Source: Candidatus Altiarchaeota archaeon
Lineage (GTDB): Archaea; Altiarchaeota; Altiarchaeia; IMC4; SCGC-AAA252-I15
Length of the DNA: 64,000 nucleotides
Reading direction: 5' to 3'
Assembly: GCA_043804895.1 (NCBI GenBank)
Contig: JAZDIN010000025.1
Span: forward strand, 36,764 to 100,763
The notes below the pieces were generated by a model, which did no database searches, was not told the DNA's origin, and saw only the letters and a program-made list of their open reading frames with translations. Both the position numbers and the translations under genes were made by a program. Below are positions 46,243-54,015 of this stretch, in pieces; positions within the stretch are counted from its first letter, which is position 1, and every line of letters starts with the position of its first letter.

Positions 46243-47230
46243 GCCGGGGTATCCATCCTGTCTCTCTCCTCATCTTCGTATAATCCACTCCAAGCCTCAT
46301 CAAGTCGGTCTTACCTGGTCTGTACCTCACTTTATCCTCCCTCACCTTGACAGTACCCCAATACCCTTCCTCCTGTCCACATTCTATTATGAATTTGGCC
46401 CAGTCGCCAATGCTAATGTCCTTGCCGTAGCCGTAGGAGTATGTCTGCCCTGGCTTCCCTTTGAGTGTCGCGTAGATGTGTCCTCTCACGCCATCTAGGA
46501 CGTAGGTGAAGTCTCTCGTAGGCTTAAGTGCCCCCAATAGCACCTCCTTCTTGTTCAGGGCCTGCGTTATAATTGTCCCTGTCACATACCTGGGACTCTG
46601 CCTTGGGCCGTAGTTGTTGAACATACGGGTTATAACCGTCGGCACGCCATAGGCGTTGTAGAAGTTCTTGCATAGGAAGTCTCCCGCGACTTTAGAGACT
46701 GCATAAGGGCTTTCGGGATTGATAGGGCTTCTCTCGTTGAATATGATTATGCCATCCTTGTTGAACGTGTACAGGTCTTTCATCTCCTCTACCATGTTGC
46801 CGAATTCTTCGCTCGTGCCTGCAAAGTCCATTTTCAACAGGTCAAGGTCCTCATCGACTACCGATTGTAGGATGTTTAGCGTCCCGATGGTGTTCGCTTG
46901 GAATGTCTCATAAGGGCGCTGCCAGCTTTCCCCTACGTGTGCCTGCGCCCCAAGGTGGAAGATTATCGGCTTGTCTTTTGCCTCAGCCTTGAGCCTCCTG
47001 ATAGTCAACCTCACTGACAAGGGGTCGGCTAGGTCTCCTCTGTGCACCTTGACTTTCCTCAGGAGATGCCCGATGTTCTTCATCTCCCCGCTTGATGTCG
47101 CCCTAATGAACACATGAACGTCGCTTCCGTATTCAACAAGCTTCTCTGTCAGGTGGCTTCCCATGAAGCCGTCAGCTCCCGTCACAAGGATCGTCCTATC
47201 CCTCAACTCCCCCACAAGCCTGTCTTCCAT
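46160..47230 (-). CDS. NDP-sugar 4,6-dehydratase (GDP-mannose / GDP-heptose 4,6-dehydratase, Gmd/DmhA-like)
   Basis: ILVTGADGFMGSHLTEKL...VHVFIR; PYAVSKVAGD; NNYGPRQSPRYV; 4,6-dehydratase-length C-terminus. The start was chosen at MEDR (ATG 47230) with CTATATTTTA upstream. The 47305 extension is low-complexity. Confidence 0.55.
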   Translation of the reverse strand: MEDRLVGELRDRTILVTGADGFMGSHLTEKLVEYGSDVHVFIRATSSGEMKNIGHLLRKVKVHRGDLADPLSVRLTIRRLKAEAKDKPIIFHLGAQAHVGESWQRPYETFQANTIGTLNILQSVVDEDLDLLKMDFAGTSEEFGNMVEEMKDLYTFNKDGIIIFNERSPINPESPYAVSKVAGDFLCKNFYNAYGVPTVITRMFNNYGPRQSPRYVTGTIITQALNKKEVLLGALKPTRDFTYVLDGVRGHIYATLKGKPGQTYSYGYGKDISIGDWAKFIIECGQEEGYWGTVKVREDKVRYRPGKTDLMRLGVDYTKMRRETGWIPRHDRRESVKETIKYYAENKDKWWGRIDW

Positions 47231-47384
47231 AACCAAGATATTATTTTCCCCCGTTAAAATATAGCGGATAGGGAATACTTTGGAATTTCGGTTTTCCCTA
47301 TCCAATATATCTAATAATCCTGGGGTTTGGTGAATTCTATTCTATGAAAGTTTAATTCTCAGGATTATTCGCTATAGCCAAAGT

Positions 47385-47732
47385 TCACTGGCCAAATCCT
47401 ATGAGGGTGACACCCAGGATGATGAACGCTATCCCTGCCCACTTTAATGTAGTCATCCTCTCCCCAAGGTATTTTTGTGAGAGTACGCACACCCAGATGT
47501 AGCCTGTTGAGACAAGCGGGAAGAGCACCGAAAGTTCACCGCCTTTTATGCCGATGACGTAGAAAACCGTGGATGACCCGTATATCAGCACTCCCTTCAT
47601 CAGGTCGAAGTTCGTCAATATGGACTTGATGTTGGGTTTCAGCTTTCCTGCTCCTTTCTTGAAGTAGAGCGAGCCAAACGAGCCAACGAATGCTGCAAGC
47701 AAGACCATAGCTGCAGCCCACGCCTCTGTCAT
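47385..47732 (-). CDS. small 4-TM EamA/SMR-like membrane protein (ArnE/ArnF-like flippase subunit)
   Basis: 115 aa with four TM helices and LKWAGIAFIILGVTLIGFG at the C-terminus; it is paired with the next gene. Confidence 0.5.
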   Translation of the reverse strand: MTEAWAAAMVLLAAFVGSFGSLYFKKGAGKLKPNIKSILTNFDLMKGVLIYGSSTVFYVIGIKGGELSVLFPLVSTGYIWVCVLSQKYLGERMTTLKWAGIAFIILGVTLIGFGQ

Positions 47733-48097
47733 TTACCCCCCTCCGTGCTGCCGTAACCTATCAGGATGACTCCAACGACTATCGAGAATATCCCCGCCCA
47801 TTTCAGGGGGTTCATGCTGTCTGTTGCGAAGAACATCGGTGACATGATTGCTACCCAGATGAAGTTCATAGCATATATCGGGTAAAGCACAGACAGCTCA
47901 CCGTACTTTAATGAGACTACAAGTATCGCGGCGCTGAGGCCGTAGAGACAGTAACCGATTATTAGTGGTATGTTCGTTGCTACTGACATTATGTCAAGTA
48001 CTGTGCTGTTTACTCCGGTCTTGATGAGTATCTGACCTGACGCTGCGAACAATGTGGATAGGAACACCAGCCCCATAGCCCATCGTCTAGTCTTCAT
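47729..48097 (-). CDS. small 4-TM EamA/SMR-like membrane protein (ArnE/ArnF-like flippase subunit)
   Basis: 122 aa with four TM helices and PLKWAGIFSIVVGVILIGYG; it overlaps both neighbours by 4 nt. Confidence 0.5.
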   Translation of the reverse strand: MKTRRWAMGLVFLSTLFAASGQILIKTGVNSTVLDIMSVATNIPLIIGYCLYGLSAAILVVSLKYGELSVLYPIYAMNFIWVAIMSPMFFATDSMNPLKWAGIFSIVVGVILIGYGSTEGGK

Positions 48098-48774
48098 CCC
48101 AAACCCAGCCTATATCTGTACAACCTATACAGGTGTCTGAGGTAGTTTATGTACTCCCCTAAGTTCAGTTTGCTTTCGCCAACCCTGCGGTCGCGGAAAA
48201 TGTAAGGCACCTCAACGACTCTCCCATACTTCCCCTTTACCAATATCTCAAGCCCAATCTTGAAGCCGACTGCATCCAACTTTACACCCTCAATAACCTC
48301 CCTTCTGAGGAAGAAATATCCTGACATGCAGTCTCTCACACCAGTTAGAGGTCTTGCAAGCATTTTCGCCCCCCTTGAGGTGAGTCGCCTCATAATAGGC
48401 CAGTTCTCGACTCCTCCTCCTTCAATGTATCGGCTTGCGAACACCATCCCCGCATCCCCATTCAGGATTGGCTGTATAAGTTTCGGAATAAGTCTCGGGG
48501 GGTGGCTGAAGTCAGCGTCCATGACACCGATTATCTCACCTGATGATGCATTGAGCCCGTCAAGTATAGCCGAAGACAATCCCAGCTTACCTTTCCTGTG
48601 GATGACCTTAATCCCGTATGTGACAGCTAGCTGGTCCGCCAACTCCCCCGTCCCATCCGGGCTTCCATCATCTACCACGACGACTTCGACATCTGCATTC
48701 GAGAGTATGTCCTCTACAAGCCCCTTAAGGTTCTTCACTTCATTGTATGTTGGCACGACGACTGAAGCACGCAT
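48094..48774 (-). CDS. GT2-family polyprenyl-phosphate glycosyltransferase (ArnC/Dpm1-like, soluble type)
   Basis: [21 protein letters not shown]...[12 protein letters not shown]...[12 protein letters not shown]. Confidence 0.75.
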   Translation of the reverse strand: MRASVVVPTYNEVKNLKGLVEDILSNADVEVVVVDDGSPDGTGELADQLAVTYGIKVIHRKGKLGLSSAILDGLNASSGEIIGVMDADFSHPPRLIPKLIQPILNGDAGMVFASRYIEGGGVENWPIMRRLTSRGAKMLARPLTGVRDCMSGYFFLRREVIEGVKLDAVGFKIGLEILVKGKYGRVVEVPYIFRDRRVGESKLNLGEYINYLRHLYRLYRYRLGLG

Positions 48775-48830
48775 TTTTATGGTTAATGCATATAATTAGT
48801 GGAATATATTCGGTTTTGAGGTGGTTTCAG

Positions 48831-49487
48831 GTGAAATTCTTCATAGACACAGCCAATGTGGATGAGATAAGGACTGCCAAGTCCTGGGGCATACTAGACG
48901 GGGTCACAACCAATCCGACGCTACTTGCTAAGGAGGAATGCGACTTCAAGACAGCAGCAAAGGAGATACTATCCCTCGTCGAAGGCCCAGTAAGCCTTGA
49001 GGCGGTAAGCGCAGACGCTGAGGGGATGGTGAAGGAGGCCAGGGAACTCTCCAAGCTCGGCAAAAACGTCGTGGTTAAGATACCCATGACCCCCGAGGGG
49101 ATTAAGGCAGTGCAGAAACTAAGTTCAGAGGGAGTGAAGACGAATGTCACGCTCCTCTTCAGCGCCAACCAAGCCCTCATAGCTGCGAAAGCAGGGGCAA
49201 CCTACGTAAGCCCGTTCATAGGCCGCCTTGACGACCAAGGATGGGATGGTGTTCAACTCATAGCCGACATTCTTGAAATATACTCAAACTTTGGGTTCAA
49301 GACCGAGGTCATAGCTGCGAGCATCAGGGACCCGGTTCATGTGGCAGACTGCGCGAGGCTCGGCTGCCATGTCGCGACAGTGCCCTTCGGAGTCCTAAAG
49401 AAGATGTTCACACACTCTCTCACTGACGTCGGAGTACAGAAGTTCCTTGAGGACTGGAAGAAGGTCGAAGGCAGGTGCAAAAAATAG
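48831..49487 (+). CDS. tal: transaldolase (Tal/FSA family, short archaeal type)
   Basis: [14 protein letters not shown]...GVTTNPTLL...VVVKIPMT is the transaldolase signature. A GTG start at 48831 after GAGGTG is likely; the track gives an upstream TTG-type start. Confidence 0.75.
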   Translation: MKFFIDTANVDEIRTAKSWGILDGVTTNPTLLAKEECDFKTAAKEILSLVEGPVSLEAVSADAEGMVKEARELSKLGKNVVVKIPMTPEGIKAVQKLSSEGVKTNVTLLFSANQALIAAKAGATYVSPFIGRLDDQGWDGVQLIADILEIYSNFGFKTEVIAASIRDPVHVADCARLGCHVATVPFGVLKKMFTHSLTDVGVQKFLEDWKKVEGRCKK

Positions 49488-49488
49488 G

Positions 49489-50046
49489 ATGGACAGAATA
49501 TCAAAGGAGATTGAGGAAAGCGTTGTAGTGAAGAGAACGCTCAAAGTAAAGGACATCGAGGAAGCAACCAAGCTGATAGTGGACGCACTCAAATCAAAGC
49601 GCAAGATTCTCCTTTGCGGAAACGGTGGAAGCGCCGCTGACTGCCAGCACATCGCAGGCGAATTCGTAGGCAGGTTCAAGAAGGAGCGGCAGGCCCTGCC
49701 TGCAATAGCGCTCTCGACTGACACGTCAATCCTCACCGCCCTCACCAACGACTACGGCGGAGACATAATATTCTCACGGCAGGTCGAGGCCCTCGGGAAT
49801 GAGGGGGATGTGTTGGTTGCGATATCAACCAGTGGAACCTCCTCCAACATACTCAAAGCAGTCGAGGCAGGAAGGAAGAAGGGGATGAAGGTCGTCGGAT
49901 TCACAGGAGCCAAAGGCCAGAAACTGAAAAGCCTCTCAGACGCCTGTATCATGGTCGGCTCAGACGACACCCCACGGATACAGGAAGCCCACATCACCGC
50001 AGCACACATAATATGCGGACTGGTCGAGGAAAAAGTTGGTAACTAA
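49489..50046 (+). CDS. gmhA: sedoheptulose-7-phosphate isomerase (GmhA, SIS domain)
   Basis: KILLCGNGGSAADCQHIAGEFVGRF...LSTDTSILTALTNDYG...GDVLVAISTSGTSSNIL matches GmhA motifs closely. Confidence 0.8.
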   Translation: MDRISKEIEESVVVKRTLKVKDIEEATKLIVDALKSKRKILLCGNGGSAADCQHIAGEFVGRFKKERQALPAIALSTDTSILTALTNDYGGDIIFSRQVEALGNEGDVLVAISTSGTSSNILKAVEAGRKKGMKVVGFTGAKGQKLKSLSDACIMVGSDDTPRIQEAHITAAHIICGLVEEKVGN

Positions 50047-50131
50047 AAAGTAGAGAATTATGCGTCTTTCTCGAGAAACTTAAAAAATTAAGGCAGGGCC
50101 ATATTTCTTTATAAAGTCCCATATTCTACCA

Positions 50132-51523
50132 ATGGCTTCAGATTACAGGCAGCAGATGCCGACACCGCTTTCTGAGATTAGGACGACCAAGGACGTAAGG
50201 ATACCAAAAGACATACTGAATCAGGTCATCGGCCAGCCTAAGGCTGTGAAGAAGGTGAGACTTGCGATAATGCAAAGACGCCACCTTCTCCTCGTCGGTC
50301 CGCCGGGGGTGGGGAAGAGTATGCTCGCCCAAGGTCTTGCAGTGCACCTTCCCAAGTCGACTGAGCAAATCAATGTAGTGCATAATCCTCAGAACATGAA
50401 CAAACCCTACGTCGAGGTCGTGAAAAACAAGAGCGACGAGAAGATAGTCGACCCCACCGAGATACCGGCGTACGTCGCAGAACAGCTCGGATTCAAGTGC
50501 CCGGTGTGCGGCGCGTTCGGGAAGTACAACGTGAACATATGCGGCAAATGCGGGGAGGACAAGTTCAAGCGAATAACAAGGAAGGACGAGATAAGGGCCT
50601 CCTGCTACGGGGCAGACGGCATCGAGCACTCGATACTCTACGAGAGGAAGGGTTTAATGGTCGCCATAACCGGGCAGGACCCCGATGCTGCTGTCAAAGA
50701 CAAAGACAAGGTCAAAAGGCACACGATAGTACCCCTGGTCAGGAAGAATTTCGTGCACGCGACGGGCGCGAGCGAAGTAGAGCTTTTGGGCGACGTCAGG
50801 CACGACCCATACGGCATGCACCCTGAGATAGGGACTCCGGCGTACATTCGAGTCGTACCAGGGGCAATACACGAGGCCCATGAGGGTGTGCTGTTCATAG
50901 ACGAACTCCCGCACCTCGGGGAGATACAGAACTACATATTGACTGCTATGCAGGAGCGGAAGTTCCCGATAACAGGACGGAATCCGCAATCCGGGGGGGC
51001 GTCGATCAAAGTCGATGACGTGCCTTGCGACTTCGTCTTCGTCGCGGCGTGCAACATAAAGGACGTACAGAACATACTGCCGCCTCTGCGCTCAAGGATA
51101 CTCGGCAACGGCTATGAGATACTGCTTGAGACCTCCATGGACGACAACGAAGTCAATCAATCCTACCTGGCGCAGTTCATGGCGCAGGAGATTGTGAAAG
51201 ACGGGAAGATACCGCATGCGACAAGGGAGTCCGTGGAGGCTGTGATAGAGGAGGCTAGGAAGAGGGCGAGGATAATAGACGACAAACGCAACTCCCTGAC
51301 CTTGCGCCTCAGGGACCTGGGCGGCGTGATACGGCTTGCCGGAGACCTCGCGCATGATGAGGGTTCGAAGCTGATCGAGCTCAAACACATAGTCTCGGCA
51401 ATCGAAGAGTCGAAGCCCATAGAATACCAGCTGCAGGAGAGGTACGGCAGCGTCTGGAAGGGCATAGAGAAAGACCAGGTAATAAATCCAGAGTACGGCA
51501 AGATAGGGTCAAGCTACCAATAG
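50132..51523 (+). CDS. LonB-family AAA+ ATPase lacking a protease domain, with a zinc-ribbon insertion
   Basis: Walker A LVGPPGVGKS; GAIHEAHEGVLFIDEL resembles the LonB sensor/Walker B region. CPVCGAFGKYNVNICGKCGEDKF sits where LonB normally carries its membrane anchor. 463 aa is too short to carry the Lon protease domain. Confidence 0.5.
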   Translation: MASDYRQQMPTPLSEIRTTKDVRIPKDILNQVIGQPKAVKKVRLAIMQRRHLLLVGPPGVGKSMLAQGLAVHLPKSTEQINVVHNPQNMNKPYVEVVKNKSDEKIVDPTEIPAYVAEQLGFKCPVCGAFGKYNVNICGKCGEDKFKRITRKDEIRASCYGADGIEHSILYERKGLMVAITGQDPDAAVKDKDKVKRHTIVPLVRKNFVHATGASEVELLGDVRHDPYGMHPEIGTPAYIRVVPGAIHEAHEGVLFIDELPHLGEIQNYILTAMQERKFPITGRNPQSGGASIKVDDVPCDFVFVAACNIKDVQNILPPLRSRILGNGYEILLETSMDDNEVNQSYLAQFMAQEIVKDGKIPHATRESVEAVIEEARKRARIIDDKRNSLTLRLRDLGGVIRLAGDLAHDEGSKLIELKHIVSAIEESKPIEYQLQERYGSVWKGIEKDQVINPEYGKIGSSYQ

Positions 51524-51525
51524 AG

Positions 51526-52017
51526 ATGATACATTACACAGACGTCGAAAAGACCTACAGGCAGGAGAGGACAAGTCCGTTACTCCAGAGGATACCGCGC
51601 GACTTCTACGCCGAGGCGAGGAAACTCGCCCAAAGCCCAGAGGTCGGCGCCTACAGGGAAACAGTGCTTGAGCACCTGAAGAAGACATACTACCTTCGCG
51701 CGAACAAGATAATACACTACGCAGGCCGTGCCGCGGATGACACCAAACCCCCAGAGAACATACTACTAGAGGAACTACCCCTATATGAAAGGATATTGCA
51801 GGCTGTTAACGATAACAAAGCACTCATAGTCGACAAGCCCCCAGAGCCTGAAATAGAGAAGAAACCGACAATCCGCGTCAGGATGAAACACGCGCTCCCA
51901 GCCATAATCGGCTCAGACTCTAAGGAATACGGGCCCTTCAAGGAGGATGACGTCGTCGAACTACCGAAGGACAGCGCAAACCTACTCATAGAACGGGAAG
52001 TCGCTGAAAGCGCGTGA
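51526..52017 (+). CDS. GINS complex subunit (Gins51-like)
   Basis: The N-terminal helical A-domain reads ...LLQRIPRDFYAEARKL... The C-terminal B-domain reads IRVRMKHALPAIIGSDSKEYGPFKEDDVVELPKDSANLLIEREVAE, which fits the archaeal Gins51 pattern. Confidence 0.5.
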   Translation: MIHYTDVEKTYRQERTSPLLQRIPRDFYAEARKLAQSPEVGAYRETVLEHLKKTYYLRANKIIHYAGRAADDTKPPENILLEELPLYERILQAVNDNKALIVDKPPEPEIEKKPTIRVRMKHALPAIIGSDSKEYGPFKEDDVVELPKDSANLLIEREVAESA

Positions 52018-52057
52018 AAGCGCTTTTATAGGATGTCTGCATATTATATTGCTACCG

Positions 52058-52342
52058 ATGAAAATCCCGGACAAAATCAGGACCAACTGTCCCTCATGCA
52101 ACAAGCACACCGTCCACGCCGTGAAGGTGAACCGAAAGGGCAAGGAGAGGAGCATGAACATGGGAAGGCGCAAATACAAGGCAGTGAAGGCCGGGTACGG
52201 TGGAAGTCCGAGAACCCCGAAGAAACCCTGCTTCAAGATAGGTAAAAGGACTGTACTAATACTCGAATGCTCAGTGTGCAAGAAAAAGCACCAGAGGGCG
52301 TATGCCGCAAGAACCAAGAGGGCGGTGGAGGTCGGAGGATGA
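52058..52342 (+). CDS. rpl44e: ribosomal protein L44e (eL42)
   Basis: MKIPDKIRTNCPSCNKHTVHAV...ECSVCKKKHQ: a C4 zinc ribbon with the MKIP start typical of L44e. A TATA box lies about 28 nt upstream. Confidence 0.8.
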   Translation: MKIPDKIRTNCPSCNKHTVHAVKVNRKGKERSMNMGRRKYKAVKAGYGGSPRTPKKPCFKIGKRTVLILECSVCKKKHQRAYAARTKRAVEVGG

Positions 52343-52530
52343 TGGAAAATAAGACTAAAAGCAGGTTCCTTAAGGTGAAATGTAACGACTGCGGAAACGA
52401 ACAGGTCATATTCGGCGCGGCAGCCTCAAGCATAAAATGCCTTGTCTGCGAGAAGCCGATGGCCGAAAGCACTGGCGGGAAGACAAAAGTCAAGACGCAG
52501 ATACTCTCCGTGGTTGACAAGGACCTTTAA
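52339..52530 (+). CDS. rps27e: ribosomal protein S27e
   Basis: FLKVKCNDCGNEQVIFGAAASSIKCLVCEKPMA is a C4 zinc ribbon, 63 aa. The start overlaps the L44e stop (ATGATGG). Confidence 0.8.
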   Translation: MMENKTKSRFLKVKCNDCGNEQVIFGAAASSIKCLVCEKPMAESTGGKTKVKTQILSVVDKDL

Positions 52531-52535
52531 CTCTA

Positions 52536-52955
52536 ATGGCCTACGAATTCCTGGAGCACACGGCTGACCTGAAGATTAGGGCGACAGGCAAGACCCTTCC
52601 TGAAGCGTTAAGCGAGTCCGCCAAAGCCCTCTTCGAGGCGATAGCATCCAACAGCAAAATAGCCCCCACCCTCGAGAGGGAACTCACCATAAAAGTCAAC
52701 AAACCAGAGATACTCGTCCACGACTTCCTCAGCCAGCTAATCTACCTGTTCTCGACAGAACACCTGCTCTTCAGCGAATTCAACCTAGACCTCAAGGAAT
52801 CCATAGGATACAAGCTCACAGCCAAACTGAAAGGCGAAAAATACGACCCCAAAAAACACAAACTCGTGAAGGAAGTGAAGGCCGCAACATACCATGAGAT
52901 GAAAGTTGAGGAAGGTAAAAATGGCTGGACGATAGAAGTCATATGCGATACCTAA
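52536..52955 (+). CDS. archease (RtcB tRNA-ligase cofactor)
   Basis: MAYEFLEHTADLKIRATGKTLPEAL... is the archease signature; 139 aa. Confidence 0.7.
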   Translation: MAYEFLEHTADLKIRATGKTLPEALSESAKALFEAIASNSKIAPTLERELTIKVNKPEILVHDFLSQLIYLFSTEHLLFSEFNLDLKESIGYKLTAKLKGEKYDPKKHKLVKEVKAATYHEMKVEEGKNGWTIEVICDT

Positions 52956-52988
52956 TTCTATTTTTTAACGTCTGCGACCACTATCATT

Positions 52989-53975
52989 GTGATGAACAGG
53001 CTCATCCTGACGCTGTTGGTGGTTGTTTTGTCCTTGAGTGCCTGCATATCTCAAAGTCCCACGTGCGTTGCACCATACATTTCTGTCGCCGGCTCATGCT
53101 GTCTTGACGAGAACGCTGACGGCATATGCGACCGGGATAAGCCAGTATGCCGCAGGCCGTACTCTCTTGTTGGTTTGTCATGCTGTCTTGATGAGAACGC
53201 TGACGGCATCTGCGACTCAGACAGGCCTGTGACGACCACATCCATAATGACGACTTCGACTGTGGCTGCAACGACGTCGACTACCAGGCCCACCTTCAGG
53301 ACTACTTCGACTACCACCCTGCTTGATGTAGAGTGTATGAGTTTCGAGGACTGCTCCTCATCTGATGGCGTACAATGCGACGACGACGGCCGCGTGGTTC
53401 TAATTCACTATACTCCAACGTCCTGTTCTGGCGGAAAATGCATCTACAGGAGCAGCCGGGACATAGCCGCCATCCACTGCTACGACTGGGAGCAGTGCGT
53501 CAGCGGGGTCGGTTGTGTCAGGAAGACTGACGTGACCTCCACGTCGACGACCTTGGCGCCGGATATACTGGTGCAATCACAGTTCCAGAAAATCCTCGAC
53601 AGGGTCATTGAACGGAAGTCTGAGATTGCAGCTTCGATGGCCTCAACGACAACAACACTACAGCCGTGCGTCGACCCCGACGGCGGGAAGAAATACGACA
53701 TAAGGAGCGTGAACGTCTCAGGCTACTTCGACTACAACAAAACCCAAGTCCTAAGCGGAAGCGAATACTGTTGGGACAACCTCAAACTAGTGGAATTCTA
53801 TTGCGAAAAAACAGCTGGCGTGGAAAGCCTGGAGTCAGTGGTATACGACTGCACAAGCCGTTGCATAGACGGCCGATGCTGCAGCAGCGAAGGCCGGACG
53901 TGTGAGAGCTGGAGGGACTGCTGCAGTGGCTTATGCCAGGCCGTGGGTATGGCAAATTACTGCATAGCGACTTGA
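52989..53975 (+). CDS. secreted/lipoprotein-like cysteine-rich protein with a duplicated CCLDENADGICD module and a Thr-rich linker
   Basis: Signal peptide MMNRLILTLLVVVLSLSAC (lipobox-like). The repeats are VAGSCCLDENADGICDRDKPVC and LVGLSCCLDENADGICDSDRPV. A TTTSIMTTSTVAATTSTTRPTFRTTSTTT linker follows. The C-terminal tail is CCSSEGRTCESWRDCCSGLCQ. Confidence 0.45.
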   Translation: MMNRLILTLLVVVLSLSACISQSPTCVAPYISVAGSCCLDENADGICDRDKPVCRRPYSLVGLSCCLDENADGICDSDRPVTTTSIMTTSTVAATTSTTRPTFRTTSTTTLLDVECMSFEDCSSSDGVQCDDDGRVVLIHYTPTSCSGGKCIYRSSRDIAAIHCYDWEQCVSGVGCVRKTDVTSTSTTLAPDILVQSQFQKILDRVIERKSEIAASMASTTTTLQPCVDPDGGKKYDIRSVNVSGYFDYNKTQVLSGSEYCWDNLKLVEFYCEKTAGVESLESVVYDCTSRCIDGRCCSSEGRTCESWRDCCSGLCQAVGMANYCIAT

Positions 53976-54015
53976 TAGGTACATTTAACCGAATACTGTT
54001 CAATATTATTCTGCT

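Noticed and set aside
47267-47302. Hairpin GATAGGGAA-N18-TTCCCTATC between the ArnE/F-like gene and the dehydratase gene
   Set aside because: Its position (3' of one gene and just before the TATA box of the next) fits an ordinary terminator; it was not pursued.
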